A stretch of 64,000 bases of DNA from an uncultured Acidobacteriota bacterium (GTDB taxonomy: Bacteria; Acidobacteriota; Thermoanaerobaculia; UBA5066), in contig CAVZYA010000002.1 in the NCBI GenBank assembly GCA_963779415.1, positions 512,001-576,000 of the forward strand, read 5' to 3'. Below the pieces are notes generated by a model that was given only the letters and a program-made list of their open reading frames with translations, did no database searches and was not told where the DNA came from. Position 1 is the first letter of the stretch. Every line of letters begins with the position of its first letter. This document shows, one piece after another, positions 1 through 7,900 of the stretch. The translations under genes were made by a program, and so were the position numbers.

Positions 1-1
1 G

Positions 2-1297
2 GTTCCGGTCGGCCTCCTGCGCGTCGAGGCCGAGGTCGCGCCTCCCGCCACGCGCGTCGAGTTCTGGCTGGACGAGAAGCGGATCGTCGTCCGGAACCGC
101 CCCCCGTACTCCGTCGAGATCGACCTCGGGAATGTCCCGAAGAAGCAGACGCTGAAGGCGGTCGCCTTCGACGCCCAGGGGAATTTCCTCGACGAGGACG
201 CGTGGGCCCTGAACGAGCGCGACGCCCGCCTCGCCGTCCGGATCCTCGAGCTGCCGAAGACGTCCGGCGACATGACCGAGCTGAAGGTGGCCGTTCAGTC
301 GATCGCGGGCGGCGAGCTCCGGGGGCTGAAGCTCTACCTCGACGCCGATCTCGTGAAGGAGTGGTCGGCCCCCCCCTACACGGCCTCGGTCCCGGCGGAG
401 CGGCTGAAGAGGGCGACTCTGATCCGCGCCACGGCGATCGACGCCGACGGAAAGGAGTTCTCGGACGTCAAGCTCCTGAAGGGGGAGAAGCGGTTCATCT
501 CGCGCGTCGAGGTGAACCTCGTCGAGCTGCACATCTCCGTCTATGACGGCGAAGGGCGCTTCGTTAAGGGGCTGCCGAAGGAGACGTTCTCGATTTTCGA
601 GGATGGCGTGAGGCAGGAGATCTCGGCCTTCGAGTTCGCCGAGGCGCTGCCGCTCTCCCTCGGGATCGTCATCGACGGGTCGGGCTCGATGAAGAAGTCG
701 ATGCCGCTCGTCCACGAGGCGGCGGGGGGCTTCGTCGAGAGGCTCGTCCGTGAGAAGGACCAGGGCTTCGTCATCGAGTTCCGCGAGGCGCCGGCGCTCC
801 TCGCCCCGCTCTCGAAACAGAGCGGCGACCTTCTCCGCGCCATCCAGGAGACGCACGCCGACGGGGAGACGGCGCTCTACGACGCCGTCATCCTCGCCCT
901 CTACCAGTTCCGGGCCGTCCCCGGACGGAAAGCGATCGTCGTCCTGACGGACGGGGCCGACAACCACTCGTGGGCCGACTACGACACGCTCCGGCGCTAC
1001 GCGCGGACTTCCGGGATCCCGATCTACTTCATCGGGCTGGGGATTCCGATGCTCGAGCTGGGGATCAAACCGAAGATGAGGGAGCTTGCGAGCGACACCG
1101 GGGGGGAGGCTTTCTTCGTCGGAAAGGCGGCCGAGCTGGCCGAGGTCTACCGGAAGATCGAGACGGAGCTTCGCTCCCAGTACTTCGTCACCTATCTGAC
1201 GAACTCCAGGAAGGGGGAAAACGAGTTTCGATCGGTGGATGTGAAGCTCTCGGACCCGAAGCTGCGGCCCAAGACGATCCGGGGCTATTTTCCATAG
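2..1297 (+). CDS. VWA domain protein (Acidobacterial VWFA type) with N-terminal Ig-like repeats, 5' truncated by window edge
   Basis: The frame of ORF 272..1297 stays open back to base 2 (VPVGLLRVEAEV...PPYSVEID). It has MIDAS motif DGSGSM, GETALYDA, LTDGAD and a TGG...LRSQY tail. Confidence 0.85.
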   Translation, partial: VPVGLLRVEAEVAPPATRVEFWLDEKRIVVRNRPPYSVEIDLGNVPKKQTLKAVAFDAQGNFLDEDAWALNERDARLAVRILELPKTSGDMTELKVAVQSIAGGELRGLKLYLDADLVKEWSAPPYTASVPAERLKRATLIRATAIDADGKEFSDVKLLKGEKRFISRVEVNLVELHISVYDGEGRFVKGLPKETFSIFEDGVRQEISAFEFAEALPLSLGIVIDGSGSMKKSMPLVHEAAGGFVERLVREKDQGFVIEFREAPALLAPLSKQSGDLLRAIQETHADGETALYDAVILALYQFRAVPGRKAIVVLTDGADNHSWADYDTLRRYARTSGIPIYFIGLGIPMLELGIKPKMRELASDTGGEAFFVGKAAELAEVYRKIETELRSQYFVTYLTNSRKGENEFRSVDVKLSDPKLRPKTIRGYFP

Positions 1298-1298
1298 T

Positions 1299-1363
1299 CG
1301 GGGGGTGCGACGACCGTCAGGGTCGGGGCAGCGCCGGGTTCGCACCCCCCGTGCCCCCCTCTT
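1299..1363. repeat. REP-like palindrome, copy 1
   Basis: CGGGGGGTGCGA (1299-1310) pairs with TCGCACCCCCCG (1340-1351), followed by TGCCCCCCTCTT. A near-identical element lies at 50420-50483. Confidence 0.8.
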
Positions 1364-2279
1364 CCCTCGCATGAAGCAGGGCGCGGAGGGCGCGGGTATG
1401 GGCGGCGCTGGTGCCGCAGCAGCTTCCGACGAGGGCGATGCCGCCCACGGCGAGCCAGGAGGCGGCGAGGCGGGCGTACTCGTCCGGCGCGACGGGATCG
1501 GTGAAGAGCCCCCTGGCTTCGTCGAGAGCGCGTCCCGTGTTCGCGTAAACGGCGAGCGGCATCCCCGGAGCCGCCGCCCGGAGGCGATCGAGGTCCGCGC
1601 CGATCGCGCGGGCCGGGACGCAGTTGATCCCGACGACGTCCGGACCGGGGACGAGCGCGAGAAGCGCCCGGGCGGCCTCCTCCACCGGCTCGCCGGAGAG
1701 GAGACGGCCCCTCCCGTCCGTCACCATCGACGCGACGACCGGCAACCCCGTGGCGAGAGCCGCCCTCGTGGCGGCGACCAGCTCGCGGAGGGTGTTCATC
1801 GTCTCGACGAGGACCAGGTCGCACCCGGCGGCGGCCAGCGCCTGGGCCATCTCCTGGTGCTCCCGGTCGAGCGACTCCGGATCCGGTACGAGATCGGGCC
1901 GGTAACAGTCCTCGAGAGGTGCGATCGACCCGGCCACGGCGATGGCGTGGCCCTCTTCGCGGGCTGCGTCCCGCGCCAACCCGACGGCCAGAGCGATGAG
2001 ATCGCGGCCCTTTCCGTATTTGTTCCCTTCTAAGAAGAATCCCCGGTCGTCTCCCTTTCTGTTTCTCGAATGAAGACGAAAAGTGTTTGCAGTGAGGACG
2101 TCCGCGCCGGCCGCGACGTTCTCGGCGTGGATCGCCCGGACGAGTTCGGGGGCGTCGCGGAGGGCCCGGGCGCTCCAGAGGGGTAGGCGCGTGTCGGCGC
2201 CGCGGCGGGCCAGCTCCGTCCCCATCGCGGCGTCGAGGAGAAGCGGTCGGCCGGAATGAAGCAGCTCGCGGATGGGCAC
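1317..2279 (-). CDS. Homocysteine S-methyltransferase family protein
   Basis: LLDAAMGTEL, PLWSA, GADVLTANTF; Zn-binding GINC and GSCCGT. Confidence 0.9.
   Translation of the reverse strand: MPIRELLHSGRPLLLDAAMGTELARRGADTRLPLWSARALRDAPELVRAIHAENVAAGADVLTANTFRLHSRNRKGDDRGFFLEGNKYGKGRDLIALAVGLARDAAREEGHAIAVAGSIAPLEDCYRPDLVPDPESLDREHQEMAQALAAAGCDLVLVETMNTLRELVAATRAALATGLPVVASMVTDGRGRLLSGEPVEEAARALLALVPGPDVVGINCVPARAIGADLDRLRAAAPGMPLAVYANTGRALDEARGLFTDPVAPDEYARLAASWLAVGGIALVGSCCGTSAAHTRALRALLHAREEGGTGGANPALPRP
2011..2090 (-). repeat. Low-GC in-frame patch carrying dispersed motif GGATTCTTCTTAGAAGG
   Basis: AT-rich stretch inside a GC-rich CDS. Its core at 2026-2040 matches cores at 11797-11811 and 55879-55894. 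Confidence 0.55.
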
Positions 2280-2296
2280 GGTGGTATTTTTCCCCC

Positions 2297-3097
2297 ATGA
2301 CGGCGAAAAGGAAGTGGGCTCTCGTTCTGGGCGCCTCGTCGGGTTTCGGCGAGGCGGCGTCCCTCGCGCTCGCCCGCGCCGGGCGGAACGTCTTCGGCGT
2401 CCACCTCGACCGGCGGGCGACGCTGCCGAACGTCGAGAGGATCATGGGGGAGATCGAGAAGACGGGCGTCCGGGCCGAGTTCTTCAACGTGAACGCGGCC
2501 GATGCGGAAAGGGGAACGGAGACCCTGGCGACGATGTCGCGGGTTCTCGAGGAGGAAAAGAACCCGGTCGGCGTGGACCTTCTTCTCCACTCCCTCGCGT
2601 TCGGGACGCTCAAGCCGTTCCTCGCGCCCGGCCCGTCGGACGCTCTCACGAAAGCGCAGATGGAGATGACGCTCGACGTCATGGCCCACTCGCTCGTCTA
2701 CTGGACGCAGGACCTCCTCGCGGCGGGAATGATGGGAGAGGGGTCCCACATCTTCGCGATGACCTCCGCCGGCGGCCACCGGATCTGGCATTCCTACGGG
2801 GCGGTCTCGGCGGCCAAGGCCGCGCTCGAAAGCCATTGCAGGCAGCTCGCCGTGGAGCTGTCGCCGAGGAGGATCGCCGTCAACGCCATCCGCGCCGGCG
2901 TCACGGACACGCCCGCGCTCCGGAAGATCCCCGGAAACGAGCAGATGATCGAACGCTGCCTCGCCATCCACCCGGCCCGGCGGCTGACGACCCCGGAGGA
3001 CGTCGCGAACGTCCTCGTGGCGGTGGCCCGGCCCGAGACGGTCTGGATGAGCGGAAACGTTCTCGGTGTCGACGGCACCGAGGACATCGTGGGCTGA
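2297..3097 (+). CDS. SDR family oxidoreductase, enoyl-ACP reductase (FabL-like)
   Basis: LGASSGFG Rossmann motif, YGAVSAAK (Yx6K), NAIRAGVTDT, RLTTPEDVA. Confidence 0.8.
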   Translation: MTAKRKWALVLGASSGFGEAASLALARAGRNVFGVHLDRRATLPNVERIMGEIEKTGVRAEFFNVNAADAERGTETLATMSRVLEEEKNPVGVDLLLHSLAFGTLKPFLAPGPSDALTKAQMEMTLDVMAHSLVYWTQDLLAAGMMGEGSHIFAMTSAGGHRIWHSYGAVSAAKAALESHCRQLAVELSPRRIAVNAIRAGVTDTPALRKIPGNEQMIERCLAIHPARRLTTPEDVANVLVAVARPETVWMSGNVLGVDGTEDIVG

Positions 3098-3111
3098 CAA
3101 GGGGCACCGCC

Positions 3112-3945
3112 GTGACGAGTCGAAAACGCCCCCCCCCGGCGCCCGTTCTTCTCGGAGCGGCGCTCTTCGGGCTTCTCGCGTCCGCCTGCGGCAGCGGACC
3201 TTCCGTGGCCGTCAAGCCGCCGGAGGGGGACATCCCGTCGTCGGGGCAGTTCCCGCACGCGACGTTCACGCGGCTCCTCGAGGCGGCGGTCTCCCCCGAC
3301 GGGCTCGTCGACTACGCCGTCGTCGAGGAGCAGAAGGACCTTCTCGACCTCTACCTCGGAGACGTGGCGCGAATCTCGCCGATCGGACAGGCGCACCTCT
3401 TCCCGACGTTCGACGATCAGCTCGCCTACTGGATCAACGCGCACAACGCGGCGGCGCTGAAGGGAGTGCTCGTCCTCGGAAGGCCGAAGGATCTCTCGAA
3501 GCTCGGGAGCGATCTCGACCGGATCTCGTTCACCTTCGGCGGACACTCCATGTCGCTCCTCGAGGTCGTGGGGCAGATCCGGAAGCAGTTCCCCGATCCG
3601 CGCCCATTTCTCGTCCTCGTCCGAGGCCGGCGGGGGGGCCCTCCGCTCGCACGAAAGGCGTTCGAGGCGAAGGACCTCGACGAGCGGCTGGAGGCCGCCT
3701 CTCGCGCGTTCGTGAAGAACCCGCGCTACGTCGAATGGAAGGCCCCGTCGGACACGGTGCGGGTGAGCCGCGTCATTCTCGACGAGCGGAGTCCGTTCGA
3801 GAAGCTCGAGCCGGCGACGGTCCACGGCGACCCCCTCCTCATCGAGGCGCTCAACCACTTTCTTCCCGGCCGGGAGTGGATTCTCGCCACGAAGGTGGCC
3901 CCGCTTCCGATGGATCAGCGGCTGAACGACGTTTCGAACCGCTGA
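3112..3945 (+). CDS. DUF547 domain lipoprotein
   Basis: GTG start, lipobox LASAC, GLVDY, QLAYWINAHNA. The usual CASxxCP motif is replaced by VRGRRGGP. Confidence 0.75.
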   Translation: MTSRKRPPPAPVLLGAALFGLLASACGSGPSVAVKPPEGDIPSSGQFPHATFTRLLEAAVSPDGLVDYAVVEEQKDLLDLYLGDVARISPIGQAHLFPTFDDQLAYWINAHNAAALKGVLVLGRPKDLSKLGSDLDRISFTFGGHSMSLLEVVGQIRKQFPDPRPFLVLVRGRRGGPPLARKAFEAKDLDERLEAASRAFVKNPRYVEWKAPSDTVRVSRVILDERSPFEKLEPATVHGDPLLIEALNHFLPGREWILATKVAPLPMDQRLNDVSNR

Positions 3946-3951
3946 ACGCCG

Positions 3952-4844
3952 ATGCCACGGCGCGCACCGCTCGCCCTCCTCTTCTTCGCCGCCGCGTGCG
4001 ACGGGAGGAAGGAGCCGCCGGCCCCGCCCCCCTCCCTCCCGCCGCCGCGCCCGAGCCTCTGCGGCTCCGGACGGGGCTCACGCTCTCCCTCGCTCCGAAC
4101 CTTCCCGGGGTCCCTTCGGACGACGTGCCGAACGCGACGCGGCGTGACGTCGAGATCCTCGCGTTCGACGGCCGGCAGGTCCGACTTCGGTGGACGGGGA
4201 CCATCCGGATGGAGACCGGCGAGTCACAGAGGCGCCGTGAGGAGTGGGTGCGAGCCGCCTCGAACGCCCCGGCCGGCTCGACGCCGCTCCCGACGGTTCC
4301 CGCCGACTACGAGACGCGGACCATCTCGGGGACGCTCTTCTTTCCGGACGGCGCCTCGGGCACTTCTTTCCTCCTTCCGGGGCTCTGGCCGGAAGGGAAC
4401 GTGACGTTCCCGGGAGCCACCGGCCTGACGCTGCCGAAGGGGGCGCTCGAGGAGCTGAAGCTCCGGGGTGAAGCGAAGGCGCCGCTCCTGCTCGAGGCGC
4501 GGTCGCTCCACGAGCCGGCTTCGAGCCTCCTGAAGCGGGCCTCCGAGCTGGCCGCCAGCGCGCACACCGAGAACCCGGCGCTTCTTCGTCGCGTGGCGCC
4601 CCCGCGCCGTTTCAGGCTCGAGTTGGACGGCCGTACCCAGGAGTTCGCCACCGTCGTCGCGGCGAACTGGTTCGGGACTTTCGAGATTCTGGACGATCCG
4701 GAAAGCCCTCTCGTCCTCTCCGTCCTTCCGTCGCCGGCTTCCTCGCCGGTCCTCGACCTCTTCGCCCCCGCGAAAGTCCTGAAGACGCTCCTGGGCTACC
4801 GCGTGGCCGGGGTGACGTCTCCGCGGCCGGAGCCTTCGCGGTGA
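3952..4844 (+). CDS. Hypothetical lipoprotein, one frameshift near 4020-4040
   Basis: Signal peptide and lipobox MPRRAPLALLFFAAAC are in one frame. The coding-like body (LRLRTGLTL...ANWFGTFEILDD) is in another frame, switching within C-runs. Confidence 0.6.
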
Positions 4845-5647
4845 GCGCCGCTTCGGCCTCGGTCACGCCGGGCGCGGCGGTCGTCACGGGGGCCTCTTCG
4901 GGGATCGGAGCCGCCATCGCCCGGAAGCTCGCGGCGAAGAAGAAGCGGCTCGTCCTCGTCGCGCGCTCGGCGGCGACGCTCGACGCAGAGGCCGCCGACT
5001 GGCGAACGGTCTTCGGCGGCGAGATCGACGTCCTGCCGCTCGACCTCGTCCGTCCGGGGGCGCCGGCGGAGCTCTTCTCCCGGACCGAAGGACGCGGCCT
5101 CGTGGTCGACCTCCTCGTCAACGCGGCGGGATTCGGCTGGAACGGCCCGCAGCGCGAGATGGATGTCGCGCGCCTGCGCGATCTCCTCCGCCTGAACGTC
5201 CTCGCGACGGCCGAGCTCACGCACCTCTTTCTCGGTGCGATGGCCTCCCGCCGCCGGGGGGCGATCCTGAACGTCGCCTCGACCGCGGGCTTCTACCCGA
5301 CCCCGTACTTCGCGGCCTACGGCGCGAGCAAGGCCTTCCTCCTCGCCTTCACCCACGCGCTCCACGAGGAGGCGAAACGGGACGGAGTGACCGTGACGGC
5401 GCTCTGCCCGGGCTACACGCGGACGAAATTCCACGCCGTGGCGGGAATGAAGGAGGCCGATGGGACGCCGTTTCCGGAGATGACCGCGGACGCCGTGGCC
5501 GAGGAAGGGCTCCGGGCGCTCGAGGCGGGAAAAGCCGTCGCCGTGACGCACCCGCTCGACCGGGTCTGGATCGCGGCGGGGCGCCTCGTGCCGCGTTCGG
5601 TCCCGGCGAAGCTCGGCGCCTTCTTCTTCTCGCGGACCCGCCGCTGA
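4841..5647 (+). CDS. Short-chain dehydrogenase/reductase
   Basis: TGASSGIG, LLVNAAG, NVAS, YGASK. Confidence 0.9.
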   Translation: MSAASASVTPGAAVVTGASSGIGAAIARKLAAKKKRLVLVARSAATLDAEAADWRTVFGGEIDVLPLDLVRPGAPAELFSRTEGRGLVVDLLVNAAGFGWNGPQREMDVARLRDLLRLNVLATAELTHLFLGAMASRRRGAILNVASTAGFYPTPYFAAYGASKAFLLAFTHALHEEAKRDGVTVTALCPGYTRTKFHAVAGMKEADGTPFPEMTADAVAEEGLRALEAGKAVAVTHPLDRVWIAAGRLVPRSVPAKLGAFFFSRTRR

Positions 5648-5797
5648 CCGCCCGGTTCCGGTCCGCGCCGGGAGCGACGTTCGTGTGGCCCCTCACGGTT
5701 TCGGCGGCCGTCCTTGACGCCCGGGGGGCGCGCGACGAGAATCCGCCATTCGCCGCGTCCCGCAGCGGAATCGGACCCTTTCCCGGGGAGGAATTTC

Positions 5798-6478
5798 ATG
5801 ACGAAGAAATGGACGGACGACGACACCCGCTGGCTGAAGACCAACGTCGCCCGTCTCGACGTCCAGACGCTGGCCCTGAAGCTCGGCTTTCCGCTGGAAG
5901 AGGTCGAGAAGCGGATCCGCCAGCTGAAGCTCGTCTCCCCGCCTACCGCAGCCGCACCGCGGAAAGCGCCCGCCTCGCTGAAGGAGGCGCAGAAGGAGCT
6001 CTCGGCCGCGCGGAAGGAGTACGAAAAGGCGATCGAGGCTTTTCACAAGCGCCGCTTCGAGGAGGCCGGGAAGCGCTTCGAGGAGCTGATCGAGAAGCAC
6101 CCGGATGAAAAGGAATTCCGCGACCGGGCCAAGATGTACCTCGCGGCCTGCCGGAGCGGGAAGAAGTCGAAGAGCGCTCTGCCGAGCGAGCCCGAGGAGA
6201 TCTACCACCATGCCGTTTTCGAGAAGAATCGCGGCAACGTGGAACGCGCGCTCGAGCTTCTCCGGAAAGTGGCCGGACGGCGCGACGGCGACGGGCGCCT
6301 GCATTACCTCGCCGCCTGCTGCCATGCGCTGCGGGGAGACGTGGACCAGGCGCTCGTCTCCCTGAAGAAGGCGATCGCCGCCTCGGACCAGAACCGGATC
6401 CAGGCCCGGCTCGACACCGACCTTTCGGCCCTGCGCGGACACCAGGGGTTCACGGAGCTGCTCTCGGGAGGCGTGTGA
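5798..6478 (+). CDS. TPR protein with N-terminal Myb/GcrA-like helix-turn-helix
   Basis: GGAGG RBS. KKWTDDDTRWLK...LALKLG...VEKRIRQLKL, followed by TPR-like repeats (YEKAIEAF, HYLAACCHALRGD). Confidence 0.7.
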   Translation: MTKKWTDDDTRWLKTNVARLDVQTLALKLGFPLEEVEKRIRQLKLVSPPTAAAPRKAPASLKEAQKELSAARKEYEKAIEAFHKRRFEEAGKRFEELIEKHPDEKEFRDRAKMYLAACRSGKKSKSALPSEPEEIYHHAVFEKNRGNVERALELLRKVAGRRDGDGRLHYLAACCHALRGDVDQALVSLKKAIAASDQNRIQARLDTDLSALRGHQGFTELLSGGV

Positions 6479-7896
6479 GGCCTTCGGCCGCGGTCGTCCT
6501 TCTCGCGGCCGGCCAGGGAACGCGGTTCCGCTCCGGCGTTCCGAAGGTCCTCCACTCCGCCGCCGGCCGTTCGCTCCTCGACCGCTCCCTCGCGACCGCC
6601 CGCGCAATCGTCTCGGAGACGGGGGGCGGACCCCTCGTCATCGTGACCGGGCCGGGAGCCGACGAGCCGGTCGCCTCTGCCGTCCGGGCGGCGGCCCCGG
6701 AAGCGGTGATGGCGGCGCAGGCAGCGCCGCGTGGAACGGGCGACGCGGTCCGCGCCGCTCTTCCGTTTCTCGGAGACGCCTCCCGCGTCGTCGTTCTCCC
6801 GGCAGACGCGCCACTTCTGACGGCGAAGACCGTTTTCTCCCTCGGGTCGAACCTCTCGAACGAACCGGACTCGTCGGCGGTCTTCCTGACGGCCTTCGTC
6901 CCCGATCCTTCCGGATACGGACGGGTCCTTCGCGACGCGCACGGAACGGTCGTGGCCGTCGTGGAGGAGCGGGACGCCTCGGAGCGGGAGCGGCAGATCG
7001 CGGAGGTGAACGCCGGCGTCTACGTCTTCCGGCGCGCGTTCCTCGAGGCGGCGGTCGCGAGGCTCGAGCCGGCGAACGCCGCGGAGGAGCTCTACCTGAC
7101 CGACGTCCTCGCGATGGCGGCCGAGTCGGGGCGGCCGGCCCGGGGCCTCCCGGCCGAGCGGTTCGAGGAGGCGCTCGGCGTCAACACGCGCGCCGACCTC
7201 GCCCGCGTCGAGGCGGTTCTACGCTCGCGCGCGGGGGCGGCGGCGATGGAAGCCGGAGCGACGCTCCCGAGACCCGAGACCGTGACGCTCGACGACACGG
7301 TGCTTCTCGCTCCCGACGTCGTCGTGGAACCTTTCGCGACCCTTCTCGGCGCGACCCAGGTCGGGGCGCGGAGCCGGATCGGACAGGGATGCGTCCTCCG
7401 GGACATGACGCTCGGCGCGGACGTCCTCGTCCATCCCTACTGCGTGATGGAAAAGTCGCGGATCGGGGACGGCGCAATCGTCGGCCCCTTTGCGCGTCTT
7501 CGCGAGGGAACCGACCTCGGGCCCGGGGTGCACGTCGGGAACTTCGTCGAGACGAAGAAAGCCCGGCTCCTCTCGGGCGCGAAGGCGAACCACCTGACCT
7601 ATCTCGGCGACTCCGAGGTCGGGGAGCGGTCGAACGTCGGCGCGGGGGTCATCACGTGCAACTACGACGGCTTCGCGAAGCACCGGACGGTGATCGGCAG
7701 CGACGTCTTCGTCGGGTCGGACGTCCAGATCGTCGCGCCGCTCACGATCGGCGACGGGGCCATCATCGGCGCGGGGACGACGGTCACCGAGGACGTCCCG
7801 GCCGGTGCCCTCGTCACCTCGCGCGTGCCGCAGAAGACGACCGAGGGGGGCGGCACGGCCTATCGCGAGCGGAAGCGGGGGAAGAAGAAGGTCTAG
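6475..7896 (+). CDS. glmU: Bifunctional UDP-GlcNAc pyrophosphorylase / GlcN-1-P acetyltransferase
   Basis: LAAGQGTRF, PKVLH, GYGRV, EVNAGVY, LYLTD, GNFVETK, HLTYLGD, TCNYDG hexapeptide domain. Confidence 0.97.
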   Translation: MRPSAAVVLLAAGQGTRFRSGVPKVLHSAAGRSLLDRSLATARAIVSETGGGPLVIVTGPGADEPVASAVRAAAPEAVMAAQAAPRGTGDAVRAALPFLGDASRVVVLPADAPLLTAKTVFSLGSNLSNEPDSSAVFLTAFVPDPSGYGRVLRDAHGTVVAVVEERDASERERQIAEVNAGVYVFRRAFLEAAVARLEPANAAEELYLTDVLAMAAESGRPARGLPAERFEEALGVNTRADLARVEAVLRSRAGAAAMEAGATLPRPETVTLDDTVLLAPDVVVEPFATLLGATQVGARSRIGQGCVLRDMTLGADVLVHPYCVMEKSRIGDGAIVGPFARLREGTDLGPGVHVGNFVETKKARLLSGAKANHLTYLGDSEVGERSNVGAGVITCNYDGFAKHRTVIGSDVFVGSDVQIVAPLTIGDGAIIGAGTTVTEDVPAGALVTSRVPQKTTEGGGTAYRERKRGKKKV

Positions 7897-7900
7897 CGGA

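Noticed and set aside
7897-7900. glmS ribozyme
   Set aside because: Only 4 nt separate glmU and glmS, leaving no room.
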